DNA of 59,401 bases from the IMG/VR virus record IMGVR_UViG_3300037529_000001, positions 1 to 59,401 of that record; one strand, written 5' to 3'. Origin of the DNA: a virus. Taxonomy: Duplodnaviria > Caudoviricetes. Made by a program: the position numbers and the translations under genes. Below, one piece after another: positions 48,108 to 58,694 of the stretch. The notes beneath the pieces are model-generated. The model saw only the letters and a program-made list of their open reading frames with translations. It was not told the origin of the DNA and did no database searches. Each line of letters opens with the position of its first letter. Positions within the stretch are counted from its first letter, which is position 1.

Positions 48108-50513
48108 ATGACACATATTCTGCACGATGTGACGCGTTCCACGGGACACCAATATATTGAACTTGGGTGGCATGTTATGCTACTTTCCCAAGACAATTCA
48201 CGTGGTAAGCTTCCCCCAAAGAATTGTTCACGGTGTGATTGGAAAAGTCCAACCGCTGAACGACACGACCCTGCATCGTGTACTTGTCTTTTGTGCCATG
48301 GTTTTCACGCAGCCACTGCACAACATGATCGTTTTGATCAAATGTGTAGTGCTTTTCCGAATGGTACTCTTGCCATTCGAACAGGACAGCCCTCACGACT
48401 TCTCATTGTTGATGCTGAAGCTGTAAGTAAGCATCCAGATGAACCGACAGGTTTGCATGTTCTGGAGCAATGGGAATCATTTGTAGGTGGATGGTCTCTA
48501 CCTAAAACACTTACAGCACGTAGTGTATCAGGTGGTGTGCATCTTTATTATGCAATGCCGCCTGAGATGCAAATAACATCTGGAAGATATCTTCCGAATG
48601 TTGACATTAAAGCTGATCCCGGCTATGTCGGTGCAGTTGTTGAAGGATCACATCGCACGTGGATTGATCCGACTGTCCCTGTAGCTCCATTGTCCGGTGA
48701 TATGTTGACATGGCTTCTTAAAAGGAAGACACGTCAACTGCAACAAGGCAATTCACTGAATGCACCAGATGGGTACAACTATGATGAATTCATAGCTGAA
48801 GGTTGTCCTGATGGTTTTCGTGATTTTTTCTTCAATGATCTGATTTATCGTTTGCGTAAGCGAGGCGTTTCACGACGACGTCTTGAAGAAACTGTCTTCA
48901 CTGAATGGCAGAAATGTGCACAACCTCCTGATGCACGTTATGAAATGCCATGGGAAGATGTTTTCTATAAACTTGAGCGTGTTTGGAATACGGTTACACC
49001 GGAAATTCAAACACCAACAATGACACAACGTGATTGGGCTGCGCAACAGAGTCAATCACGCAATGAGCCTGAAGAAACTCAGACTATCACAGGTCGCGAT
49101 GTTTATTCTGATCCGCCCACTGGAACAGGAATTGTCTTCAATGATGTTAGGCCATGGGATAATGAACATGACACTGACACAGGTAATGGACGACGATTCG
49201 CAAGATTGTTTTCAGGACGAACTGTTTATGTTCCTGCAGAAGGTAAATGGTATCTCTGGGATGGATCACGTTGGGTTATCGATAAACTCAATTATGTGAT
49301 GGAACTAACTCTTCACGTCATTGATGATATTCGTGATTTTGCTATGGCACAAACAGATCCGGATGTTCAGCAACGATGGGCACGACATGCACGAAATACA
49401 GAAAGTTATAATGCACGTCAAAGAATGCTATCTGCTGCAGCCACATTGTTGACAATGACAGTGGATGTTGAGAAACTCGACAATGATCCATGGTCTCTTG
49501 TTGTTAAGAATGGTACACTTGATCTCAACACAGGACATTTGCGAGAATCTGATCCACTTGATTTCAACACAAAATCAGCTGATGTAGTGTATGATCCAGA
49601 TGCTGATTGTCCTGAATGGCGTTCACATATTAATAAGGTTTGTGAAGGTAATGAAGAGTTGATGGCATATCTACAGCGTGCATGTGGATATACATTGACG
49701 GGTGTCATTTCAGAACAGTCATTCTTTTTCTTGCTTGGTTCAGGTTCAAACGGTAAGAATGTTTTTATTGACACCATTGCTGGACTGATGGGTGAGTACG
49801 CAAAAATTGCTGACCCAAACCTTATTACTGCGCGCAATGATGCTCATACATCAATGGTTGCTGAATTGCGTGGTGTTCGTCTTGCAATGGCGAGTGAAAC
49901 AGATTCAATGCATTTCATTAATGATCAACGCATTAAAGATCTTACGGGTTCACCACGATTGACCGGCCGTAAGATGTATGGGAATAACATTGATTTCAAT
50001 AACTCAACTAAGCTATGGGTTCTTGGAAACAATCATCCACGCATTAAAGACTCATCACACGGTATTTGGCGACGCATTAAGATTGTGCCATTCAATGCAA
50101 CATTTACCAGTGATACACGCATCGCAAATTATGAAAGCATTCTTGCTGCAGAGCGATCAGGTATCTTGAACTGGATGATTGAAGGATTGCGCCAATGGCA
50201 TGCATTCAATAATCTTATGGAACCTAAAATCATTCGTGATGCAGTGGATGAATATCGTGAAGAAGAAGATCAGGTTGGAGCATTTGCTCGAGTGCATCTT
50301 CAGATTTGTGATGATGGCAATGAAACATATGAAATAGGAAATGCCATTTATCTCGAGTATCAAATGTGGTGCGCAATGAATGGTGAGAAACCATTGTCTA
50401 ATATCATGTTTGGTCGTAAACTACGTCTCATTCCCGGTGTAGGGAAAACAGAAGTTAAGAAGATTAACTCTAAACCCATTCGTATCATTCACGGGATTAA
50501 ATTGATTCGATGA
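48108..50513 (+). CDS. bifunctional primase-polymerase fused to D5/P4-like SF3 helicase
   Basis: CHGFHAAT, IRTG, VDAE, SGG.HLYY; DTGNGRRF, NGTLDL, GSGSNGKN, GIWRRI. Confidence 0.9.
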   Translation: MTHILHDVTRSTGHQYIELGWHVMLLSQDNSRGKLPPKNCSRCDWKSPTAERHDPASCTCLLCHGFHAATAQHDRFDQMCSAFPNGTLAIRTGQPSRLLIVDAEAVSKHPDEPTGLHVLEQWESFVGGWSLPKTLTARSVSGGVHLYYAMPPEMQITSGRYLPNVDIKADPGYVGAVVEGSHRTWIDPTVPVAPLSGDMLTWLLKRKTRQLQQGNSLNAPDGYNYDEFIAEGCPDGFRDFFFNDLIYRLRKRGVSRRRLEETVFTEWQKCAQPPDARYEMPWEDVFYKLERVWNTVTPEIQTPTMTQRDWAAQQSQSRNEPEETQTITGRDVYSDPPTGTGIVFNDVRPWDNEHDTDTGNGRRFARLFSGRTVYVPAEGKWYLWDGSRWVIDKLNYVMELTLHVIDDIRDFAMAQTDPDVQQRWARHARNTESYNARQRMLSAAATLLTMTVDVEKLDNDPWSLVVKNGTLDLNTGHLRESDPLDFNTKSADVVYDPDADCPEWRSHINKVCEGNEELMAYLQRACGYTLTGVISEQSFFFLLGSGSNGKNVFIDTIAGLMGEYAKIADPNLITARNDAHTSMVAELRGVRLAMASETDSMHFINDQRIKDLTGSPRLTGRKMYGNNIDFNNSTKLWVLGNNHPRIKDSSHGIWRRIKIVPFNATFTSDTRIANYESILAAERSGILNWMIEGLRQWHAFNNLMEPKIIRDAVDEYREEEDQVGAFARVHLQICDDGNETYEIGNAIYLEYQMWCAMNGEKPLSNIMFGRKLRLIPGVGKTEVKKINSKPIRIIHGIKLIR

Positions 50514-50663
50514 CTTTTGTCTTGAAATTTGCCCTCTTCAGGTCCTTGCTAGACCTCTTTCGTTCCCGCCGCGGTAGTTTGTATAGCAAGAATCAAGATC
50601 GTGCTTAGAAGTGACCTGAGGATGTTTGTCGACGTAGATGACATCTTTAAAAAATCTTGCATC

Positions 50664-50698
50664 AAGATCGCACATCCAGGTATCTGCCTGAGTATAAT
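50664..50698 (+). promoter_or_regulatory. AAGATC-N23-TATAAT promoter
   Basis: CAAGATCGCACAT..TATAATTGACATACAA, closely similar to the 7.9 kb copy. Confidence 0.7.
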
Positions 50699-50750
50699 TG
50701 ACATACAACCGCAAAGATAAAGAAAAACCGGATGTAAGGTTGGTGGTCAG

Positions 50751-50951
50751 TTGGGACGCCATCGTCAACGTTCAGAGACCCTAGACAAACTAGACTATGC
50801 ATTTAGCCCAGATCATACAGATCCACAGGATTTTGAACGAACATCGTGTAAGTTTAATTGTCTGTGGTGGGACTGTAAACATTGTGAACATGAACAAATG
50901 CGTGATGTATGCATGACATGCAATGATGTTTTTTATGACATAACTGAATAG
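50751..50951 (+). CDS. small Cys-rich hypothetical protein
   Basis: Several CxxC motifs; first ORF after the promoter. Confidence 0.45.
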   Translation: MGRHRQRSETLDKLDYAFSPDHTDPQDFERTSCKFNCLWWDCKHCEHEQMRDVCMTCNDVFYDITE

Positions 50952-50982
50952 TATAAAACTGGTTAGCATTCTAACCAGTGAA

Positions 50983-51055
50983 GCGTCGTTAGCTCAGTTG
51001 GTAGAGCAGCTGACTTTTAATCAGCGGGTCGTAGGTTCGAAACCTACACGACGCA
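50983..51055 (+). tRNA. tRNA-Lys(TTT)
   Basis: Canonical cloverleaf; GCTGA-CT TTT AA-TCAGC. Confidence 0.95.
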
Positions 51056-51081
51056 CGCAGAACAAGAACATAGGAGTATGA

Positions 51082-51462
51082 ATGAAATCAAAGGAAACCC
51101 TTACTTATAGGGTGGTTGACTTTCTACAGAAGCATGCAGGCGAAGTGCTTTCTATTACTGAGATCGCAAAAGCGCTTGATGCAGATGCACATCGTGTTAG
51201 CACTGCTATTGCAAATAAGCGATCTGAAAATGAGGATTTCAGGCGTCGCTTGAGCCGTCCTGAGACCAATCACGTCAAATATGACAGTGATGGCATTCTT
51301 GCACTCACTAAACGCGTTGATGACGTTGAAGCAAATCTTGTGATGCTATCGCGTGATTTCACAATCGGTAATGCATACACGCAAATTGGTATGACACGCG
51401 ATGGTGCAATTATTCTTCAGGATGTTGATGGCATTTTGTTCCGTGCCACAGAGCTAGCTTAA
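51082..51462 (+). CDS. HTH DNA-binding protein
   Basis: LSITEIAKALDADAHRVSTAI; AGGAG RBS. Confidence 0.65.
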   Translation: MKSKETLTYRVVDFLQKHAGEVLSITEIAKALDADAHRVSTAIANKRSENEDFRRRLSRPETNHVKYDSDGILALTKRVDDVEANLVMLSRDFTIGNAYTQIGMTRDGAIILQDVDGILFRATELA

Positions 51463-51530
51463 AACACATATACGTCGGTGGGGCGATGCTGAGCATGAAC
51501 TCCGTTGCCCCACCTGACAAAGGAGTGATT

Positions 51531-51800
51531 ATGGGATTTCATGAAATTCCACGTTATAACATCATATGTGATACACCCAAGTGTCATAATGTCTTTGGGT
51601 TTATCGAATTTGATCTTGATAACAAACCCATTGATCATTATGTTTTTGAGACAACTATCGCAGAACTTTCACAGGCGATGATCGATGAACTTTATCGAAG
51701 TCAATGGACTGTAATTGATGGTCATACATATTGTCCCATGTGTACAACCAGTGTAACAAATAATGTCATTGCTGTACTTAAAGCAGATATGGGATACTAA
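51531..51800 (+). CDS. Zn-binding hypothetical protein
   Basis: CD..C..W...YCPMC; AAGGAG then ATG51531. Confidence 0.6.
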   Translation: MGFHEIPRYNIICDTPKCHNVFGFIEFDLDNKPIDHYVFETTIAELSQAMIDELYRSQWTVIDGHTYCPMCTTSVTNNVIAVLKADMGY

Positions 51801-52147
51801 TGAACAAGAACAAAACCATTTGCACTGAATGCAATAATCCAATCGATTTTCACGTGGTCTTCTGTTCGCAGGCTAGTCCAGAACGATTCCGTGAATTTTG
51901 TTTTAGTGAACTGAAGAAGTCCATGAAAGCCGTGTGGACAAATGAACGAGAGTTCAAAGAGATTACTGATCAGTATCTCAATGATCCTGCACTGTCACAC
52001 TACAGCGAATTCGAACGTCGATACAAGGCAGGACAGAGTGCAGCACGTAAGCTTGCAGCATCTAACTGCACGTACTACATGAGTCGAGCAACAATGTTTG
52101 CAACTGCACTTGATGCAACTGGTGGACTTTGCGAAGATGAACTGTAA
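51800..52147 (+). CDS. hypothetical protein
   Basis: TAATG coupling; terminator downstream. Confidence 0.6.
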   Translation: MNKNKTICTECNNPIDFHVVFCSQASPERFREFCFSELKKSMKAVWTNEREFKEITDQYLNDPALSHYSEFERRYKAGQSAARKLAASNCTYYMSRATMFATALDATGGLCEDEL

Positions 52148-52180
52148 ATAAGAAGCCTACCAAATGGTAGGCTTTCTTAT
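52148..52180 (+). terminator. intrinsic terminator
   Basis: AAGCCTACC-AAAT-GGTAGGCTT followed by TCTT. Confidence 0.75.
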
Positions 52181-52387
52181 TACATTTCTTTAGGAGTAAT
52201 TATGATCATACTGATGCAACTTACCGTCTATAGTCTGCCATTCTTGACACTACTGCTTGGTGGTTGGTACATTTTTAATGATAAGATTGCCAAACGAGCT
52301 GAAGAATGCTCAGGACGTCATTGCGGTGATTCACTGTGTAAAACTGCTCGATCATTGAATATCCAGACATGTTTCATTTGAGGTAAG

Positions 52388-52936
52388 ATGCTCATTATCA
52401 TTGAAGGTGCTGATTGCACCGGCAAAACAACACTTGCTAAAAAACTGATCAAAACGATTGGTGAAGAGCATGTTTCACTTCTAAGTAAGGGTCCACCTGC
52501 ACTTAGTGATCCAGTAATGGAGTACATTTGGCCACTATCAGGTTACATCCCGAATACAAAACAACATTTCATTTGTGATCGTTGGCACATTGGTGAAATG
52601 ATTTATCCTAATATCTTTCACCGTAGATCTATAATGTCAATACGTGATTTCATGGTAATTGATAATGCAATACGTGCACTTGGTGCATTGATTGTTTATC
52701 TCGAACCACCAATTAACATGGTACAAGAACATTTTACTAAACGCGGTGATAAGTTCATTAAAGATATCAAAACACTTAATGATTCATATTTTGATTTTCA
52801 TAGGTTTGTGACAAACAAATACAATCTTAGATATGATCCATATATTGTTAGACTTAGTAATGTAGAGTTTAATGAAGATCTTATAAATGCTATTATTAAT
52901 GATGCTAAGAAAAATGAACAAGGTGCTGTTATCTAA
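52388..52936 (+). CDS. dNMP (thymidylate-kinase-like) kinase
   Basis: IIEGADCTGKTT, CDRWHIGE..Y, RGD. Confidence 0.85.
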   Translation: MLIIIEGADCTGKTTLAKKLIKTIGEEHVSLLSKGPPALSDPVMEYIWPLSGYIPNTKQHFICDRWHIGEMIYPNIFHRRSIMSIRDFMVIDNAIRALGALIVYLEPPINMVQEHFTKRGDKFIKDIKTLNDSYFDFHRFVTNKYNLRYDPYIVRLSNVEFNEDLINAIINDAKKNEQGAVI

Positions 52937-53778
52937 TGCATGTTATTGAAATTGAAAATGGCCGTGATGGTTATGTGAACATCCTTGAGCATGTGTGGGA
53001 TCACGGCGTAAAACGCGTACCTCGTGGTATGGCCACAATTGATGCTGGACCCACAACCATCATTATGCGAGATGCACATAACGCATTGCCACTTGGCACA
53101 GGTCGTGGTGTCAATCCTAAGATTGCTGCGATCGAAGCAATGCAGTTGATTGCGGGTGTTTCAGTTCCCGATATGGTTGTGCGTGCATCACCCAACTTTG
53201 AGAAGTATCGTGAACCTGATGGTAGTTTCTATGGCGCTTATGGTATTCGCATTGGAAAGCAAACAGAGCAAATCATCCGTAAGTTGAAAGAAGATCGTAA
53301 TACACGACAAGCTGTGATCACTCTATGGAATCCACTCTTTGATAATTCCCCAGGCATGCACGACTACCCATGCACTGTCGCGCTACATTTTGATATTCGT
53401 TACAGTAAGTTGAATATGAATATTGTGATGCGATCTAATGATGCGTGGCTCGGAACACCATATGATCTGTTCCAGTTTACGCAATTGCAACTTACTGTTG
53501 CGCGTGCACTTTGCATTAATCCAGGAACATACAGGCACACTGCGTGGTCATTGCATCTATATGAGAATAACTTTGACGCAGTTGAAGAAATGATCTCTAA
53601 TGACATTTCACCAGGAAATACGTTTCAGCCGGATGGTATTGGTGTAATTGAAGATTCATGGGATAAGATTGTTTCAATGGGTTGTCAACTTATCACAGGC
53701 AAATTTGACGGTGTTGAGTTTAAAGATTTGACTGATAGTGAGCAGTGGTATGACAACCAATTCAAATCCATTCGATAG
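52936..53778 (+). CDS. thymidylate synthase homologue with dCMP-type Asp (candidate dCMP hydroxymethylase/methylase)
   Basis: TRQA, catalytic PC, MRSND..G.PYD (Asp at the TS Asn177 position), SLHLY. Confidence 0.85.
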   Translation: MHVIEIENGRDGYVNILEHVWDHGVKRVPRGMATIDAGPTTIIMRDAHNALPLGTGRGVNPKIAAIEAMQLIAGVSVPDMVVRASPNFEKYREPDGSFYGAYGIRIGKQTEQIIRKLKEDRNTRQAVITLWNPLFDNSPGMHDYPCTVALHFDIRYSKLNMNIVMRSNDAWLGTPYDLFQFTQLQLTVARALCINPGTYRHTAWSLHLYENNFDAVEEMISNDISPGNTFQPDGIGVIEDSWDKIVSMGCQLITGKFDGVEFKDLTDSEQWYDNQFKSIR

Positions 53779-54250
53779 AAAAGATCGTCCCACATGGGAC
53801 AATACGTGGTTTGATGTTGCTAACATCATTTCGCAGCGCAGTCTATGCAAAACGCGTGTTGGTGCTGTGATTGTTACAGAAGATAATCGACCTGTTTCTG
53901 TAGGATATAATGGCCCACCTAAAGGTTTTTATCATCACGACTACGATTGTCGTGTTTGGTGTAAGCGTGCTGTAGATCCTACACTTTCATATGATGAATG
54001 TCCATCACTTCATGCAGAACAAAATGCATTGATGACAGCTGATAAATCAGCATTCAGTGATGGATATATTTATGTGACAAGTCATGTTTGTGGAACATGC
54101 GCTAAGTTGATCGCTAATTCAGGTCTTCGTATCGTGTTTGTAAGTGACACGAGTGAAGAAAACTATAACAAACGAAACTCAGGACATTGGTATAATTTTC
54201 TTAAAGAATGTGGTGTTTGGGTTGTTCAGACGGGAATGATGCATGAGTGA
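53750..54250 (+). CDS. dCMP deaminase
   Basis: RS.C..VGAVI, GYNG.P, HAEQNAL, CGTC. Confidence 0.9.
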   Translation: MTTNSNPFDRKDRPTWDNTWFDVANIISQRSLCKTRVGAVIVTEDNRPVSVGYNGPPKGFYHHDYDCRVWCKRAVDPTLSYDECPSLHAEQNALMTADKSAFSDGYIYVTSHVCGTCAKLIANSGLRIVFVSDTSEENYNKRNSGHWYNFLKECGVWVVQTGMMHE

Positions 54251-56105
54251 TACACATTATAAGGCCGCAACTGAGCAAGATATCGATGTAATTACTCAAG
54301 TTGCACAAGTTCGTGAACGTGTTAACAATCTTGAAAATGTAAAAGTTCATCTAATGGACAGTGTTGACCGCGCATTTGAAATGATGCGGTGGCTCTCTAA
54401 TAAAAAGACTATTGCGGTTGACACCGAAACAACAGGTCTTGACACACAGCGTGATACTGTTCGACTTGTTCAAATCGGTTCAAGTAATAATGGTTGGGCT
54501 ATTCCTTGGGATCAGTGGAATGGTGTTTTTGATGAAGTAGTGCGTCGTTTTGATGGACACTTCATTATGCACAATGCTAAGTTTGATTATGCAATGCTAA
54601 AGCGTATGGGTGTTGAAGTACCAACTCATCGCATTCGTGATACACGCATTATGCATCACATTCTCGATCCAGTGAAATCAACTGCACTTAAAAGCATTGC
54701 ATCACGACTTGTTGATCCACGTGCAGCAAATCCACAAAAAGAACTAGATGAAGCACTGGGTAAAAAGGGCGGATGGACATGGGCAACCATTCCCATTGAC
54801 TTTACGCCTTATTGGTCATATGGCGCACTTGACACAGTTTTGACGCATCGTGTCTATGATGCACTATGGCCACGTATTGAAGCTGAAGCGCTTAAAGCTT
54901 TTGAAATTGAAAATGATGTTCAGTGGATCATTCAACGTATGGAAGATTATGGTGTCTTCATTGACCATGATTATGCAATAAAATATGAACAACAATTTCT
55001 TAAATACTGCGCTAATGTTGATGCTTGGTGCATGAATGAATATGGGATCAAGCCAGGTTCAAATAGAGACGTCGTACGCATCCTTCAGGCGGATGGTATT
55101 GATTTTACGAAGGCGACTGCCAGAGGCGCCATCGCACTTGATAAGGAGGTTCTAGCCGGTATTGATCATCCACTGGCTGAAGCCATTCTGAATCGACGTC
55201 AACTCCAGAAACTTGCATCAACATATCTTAGACACTATATTCATGAAGTTGATGAGAACAATCTCATTCACCCGAGTATTAACACACTCGGTGCACGTAC
55301 ATCACGTATGAGCATGAGCAATCCTAATTTTCAGAATCTTCCACGGAAGAGTGAGAAGAATAAATCTGCTGAGATCATTCGCAATTGTGTGACCACACGT
55401 TATGATCGTGATGGTCTACTTCTAATGTGTGACTTTGATCAGATCGAAATGCGCGGTATGGCTCATCTTGCTCAGGATCAAGGTCTCATTGATGCATTCA
55501 ATGGTCCAGATGATTTCTTTGTTACTTTGGCACGATCCATCTACCGTGATGATACTATTGTAAAATCTGACCCACGACGTCAGATCACGAAGAATGCTGG
55601 CTATGCTAAGATTTATGGCGCTGGCATTGCAAAGTTTGCCGTCACTGCTGGTGTAAGTGAGCAGCAAGCACGTGAAGTTATGACAAGTTTTGATACGCTT
55701 TTTCCAAATGTTCCACGTTTCCAAAAGCGTATTCAGAATGAAGCAATGCAATCACGTAGTGAAACAGATGATTGTGGCTTTGTTCGATGCTCACTCACAG
55801 GCCGTTACCACATGGCAGATGTCGGTAAAGAATATGCTCTTGTCAATTACTTGACACAAGGCATGGCTGCACAGTTGTTTAAGATCAAGCTCATTGAATT
55901 GAGTAATGCAGGACTTGACAAGTACATGATGCTGCCAGTGCATGATGAAATTATTCTTGATGTACCTCGTAATGAAGAACAATATGTTGTTAATGTTCTT
56001 AATGACATTATGAATGATAATGATCTATTGTCTGTTCCGGTCACTGCAGGAATTTCATCTGGAATTAGATGGGGAGAAAAGCAGGACTATGAGTACACTT
56101 CGTGA
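54243..56105 (+). CDS. polA: family A DNA polymerase with 3'-5' exonuclease
   Basis: DTETTG, HNAKFD, Y..LD; DFDQIEMR, R...K...Y...YG, VHDE. Confidence 0.95.
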   Translation: MSDTHYKAATEQDIDVITQVAQVRERVNNLENVKVHLMDSVDRAFEMMRWLSNKKTIAVDTETTGLDTQRDTVRLVQIGSSNNGWAIPWDQWNGVFDEVVRRFDGHFIMHNAKFDYAMLKRMGVEVPTHRIRDTRIMHHILDPVKSTALKSIASRLVDPRAANPQKELDEALGKKGGWTWATIPIDFTPYWSYGALDTVLTHRVYDALWPRIEAEALKAFEIENDVQWIIQRMEDYGVFIDHDYAIKYEQQFLKYCANVDAWCMNEYGIKPGSNRDVVRILQADGIDFTKATARGAIALDKEVLAGIDHPLAEAILNRRQLQKLASTYLRHYIHEVDENNLIHPSINTLGARTSRMSMSNPNFQNLPRKSEKNKSAEIIRNCVTTRYDRDGLLLMCDFDQIEMRGMAHLAQDQGLIDAFNGPDDFFVTLARSIYRDDTIVKSDPRRQITKNAGYAKIYGAGIAKFAVTAGVSEQQAREVMTSFDTLFPNVPRFQKRIQNEAMQSRSETDDCGFVRCSLTGRYHMADVGKEYALVNYLTQGMAAQLFKIKLIELSNAGLDKYMMLPVHDEIILDVPRNEEQYVVNVLNDIMNDNDLLSVPVTAGISSGIRWGEKQDYEYTS

Positions 56106-56325
56106 TGGCATGCCAATTACATCTTATGAACATCTTGTCGGTCTCATGCTCAACCAGATCGTGTATGAATTCCCACGTGGACGTATTTTCACCTATACTG
56201 TTGCTTTTGGCGCTCCATGTATGATTAACATTGAGACAGGTGAAAAGTTCTTCGGTACTGACATTGAAAAGTTCATTGCATTTCCGTTGTCTCGTTTAAA
56301 GGTTGTGCCATACATCGAGGGGTGA
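56089..56325 (+). CDS. hypothetical protein
   Basis: AGGA then ATG56089; fills the gap. Confidence 0.55.
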   Translation: MSTLRDGMPITSYEHLVGLMLNQIVYEFPRGRIFTYTVAFGAPCMINIETGEKFFGTDIEKFIAFPLSRLKVVPYIEG

Positions 56326-56332
56326 GTGAGTT

Positions 56333-56839
56333 ATGAAAGAACGACTAAACATTATGGGTGTTGATCCAGGTGGCACAACAGGGATTGCCATTTGGCGTGG
56401 CACATTTCCTTGGAAGCGTTCTGTCCTAACTCACTATCAATTTGATCATTCACTCGCAGTGAAAACAATTGATGATTTCGCAAAACAATGTCAAAGTGAA
56501 AGCATTCCGCTTCTCATTGGCTGTGAAACATTTATTGTTCGACGTGGGCAAAACACTGTTCACACAATGCAAAACGATGCACTTGAAATTATCGGCGCAG
56601 TGAAACGCATTGCAGAACAAACAGATGCTACACTATCAATGCAAATGCCTGCTGTGGCTAAAATGGTACTCAACGATGCAGGACTTAAGAAATTTGGATG
56701 GTGGATATCATCCATTGATTATCGGCATGCCAATGATGCAGCACGTCACATCGGTTGTGCTATGCTGAATCACTATCCACATATTCTTATGGCACTTCAC
56801 GAGCAGGATAAAAATGCCGCATTTGACACTGATGAATGA
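56333..56839 (+). CDS. RuvC-like Holliday junction resolvase
   Basis: GVDPGGTTG, CE.F, IG, HANDAARH. Confidence 0.85.
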   Translation: MKERLNIMGVDPGGTTGIAIWRGTFPWKRSVLTHYQFDHSLAVKTIDDFAKQCQSESIPLLIGCETFIVRRGQNTVHTMQNDALEIIGAVKRIAEQTDATLSMQMPAVAKMVLNDAGLKKFGWWISSIDYRHANDAARHIGCAMLNHYPHILMALHEQDKNAAFDTDE

Positions 56840-58664
56840 TAAGATCGCAGTTTCATGCGAATGGAATGAAAAAGAACTCATTAAGAGTATTCCAGGTTCA
56901 CGATGGGATACGTCACAGAAAACATGGACTTTGCCTCAAGCATGGTCAAGCATTGTCACTACTAAAGGTATCTTTCCAGATGTAACTTTTGGTGATGATG
57001 TTCGTGAATACATCTGGCATGAACATGAGAATCGTGTAGCGCCAGCACTTAACTTGAGACAAGCACTTAGTCACAATGATGCAAAGATTTATGAGAGACT
57101 CTATGAATATCAAAATGCTGGATCGCATTGGCTTAAAGTTGCAGGTAATGCGTTGCTTGCCGATGAAATGGGAACTGGCAAGACGATACAGACGATTGCG
57201 GCGCTTGAACTCAAAAGCAACTCCCTTCCTGCACTAGTTATTTGCCCTAACTCAGTTAAGACGCCGTGGGCTAAGGCCATTAAGGAATGGCACACATTTG
57301 CTAATCCTTATGTGATTGCTGGAAGTGCAGGACAGCGTAAGAAAATTATTGAAGAAGCACAGCGTGATCCAAATGCAATTGTGATCATTAATATTGAATC
57401 AGTGCGTTTGTTTTCACGTCTTGCACCTTTTGGTTCTGTGCGCTTGAACAAGTGTCGTGCATGCGACAAAGTTAATGGACAGGATTCAGTTACACCAGCC
57501 AGATGTGAAACACATCAAAAAGCTCTTAACACATTTGGCTTTAAGACAGTCATTCTTGATGAAGCTCATCGTATCAAGGATGCCACGAGTAAACAAACAC
57601 GTGCATGCTGGGCTGTTGGACATAACGATTCTGTTGAATGGCGTATCGCACTTACAGGAACACCGTTGGCCAATCATCCAGGTGATCTATGGTCCATCAT
57701 GCACTTTCTCGATCCAAAAGAATTCTCGAATAAATCTAAGTTCGTGTCACGATATTGTCTTCAATCATGGAATTCATACGGTGGCCTTAACATCGTTGGA
57801 GTGAATCCATCAACAAAAGAAGAATTGTTTAAAATTCTTGATCCACGTATGCGTCGTGTCACTAAAGATCTAGTGCTGCATGATCTTCCGCCTAAAGTGC
57901 GAACAGTTCATTTTGTTGATATGACAACCAAACAAGAAAAGGCATATAAGGAACTTGACGATCAACTCATCACTCGACTAGATGATGGATCACTCATTGT
58001 TTCACCTAATAATCTTGTTGCAGCAACACGACACATTCAACTTGCATCAGCATATTTGAGTGTTGAGAAGCCAGATGAAAATGATCATACTACATGGATT
58101 TATAAGATGTGTGATCCATCGCCTAAACTAGATGTAATGGAAGAAATCATTGCTGATCTTGGTAATGAGAAGTCCATTGTCATTGCTGCAGAAAGTCGTC
58201 AGCTCATTGAACTTGCTGCTGCACGACTTGAAAAAGCAAAGATCAATCATGTGCTAATCACAGGCAATGTGTCTCACTTTGACAGAGACCTTGCACTCGA
58301 GCAGTTTCAGAATCGTCGTGTGAAAGTTCTACTTTTCACGATTAAAGCTGGTGGTACTGGTTTGACCATGACAGCGGCTGATACAATGATTTTCTTGCAA
58401 AGATCGTGGTCAATGGTCGATAACATGCAAGCTGAAGATCGTGTCCACCGTATTGGTTCTGAACAGCATGATTCCATCAACTACATTGATGTTGTGTGTA
58501 AAGGCACCATTGAAGAAGACCAAATCAAACGTCTTCACGATAAAGCAAAGCGTCTTGAAGAAATTGTTCGAGATCGTGAACGACGCATTGCTCTTGGCGT
58601 TAGTGTTGATGAACTTAATGTTGAAGAAGACAAGATCATGAACTCGTTTTTGGGTCAGAATTGA
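56814..58664 (+). CDS. SNF2-family helicase
   Basis: LADEMGTGKT, DEAH, ALTGTP, GGTGLT, QAEDRVHRIG. Confidence 0.95.
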   Translation: MPHLTLMNDKIAVSCEWNEKELIKSIPGSRWDTSQKTWTLPQAWSSIVTTKGIFPDVTFGDDVREYIWHEHENRVAPALNLRQALSHNDAKIYERLYEYQNAGSHWLKVAGNALLADEMGTGKTIQTIAALELKSNSLPALVICPNSVKTPWAKAIKEWHTFANPYVIAGSAGQRKKIIEEAQRDPNAIVIINIESVRLFSRLAPFGSVRLNKCRACDKVNGQDSVTPARCETHQKALNTFGFKTVILDEAHRIKDATSKQTRACWAVGHNDSVEWRIALTGTPLANHPGDLWSIMHFLDPKEFSNKSKFVSRYCLQSWNSYGGLNIVGVNPSTKEELFKILDPRMRRVTKDLVLHDLPPKVRTVHFVDMTTKQEKAYKELDDQLITRLDDGSLIVSPNNLVAATRHIQLASAYLSVEKPDENDHTTWIYKMCDPSPKLDVMEEIIADLGNEKSIVIAAESRQLIELAAARLEKAKINHVLITGNVSHFDRDLALEQFQNRRVKVLLFTIKAGGTGLTMTAADTMIFLQRSWSMVDNMQAEDRVHRIGSEQHDSINYIDVVCKGTIEEDQIKRLHDKAKRLEEIVRDRERRIALGVSVDELNVEEDKIMNSFLGQN

Positions 58665-58694
58665 CATTTACTCTTATAGAAACAGGTCTCTGAG

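Noticed and set aside
52936-53778. Ordinary thyA
   Set aside because: Asp replaces the dUMP-specifying Asn, so no gene symbol was assigned.
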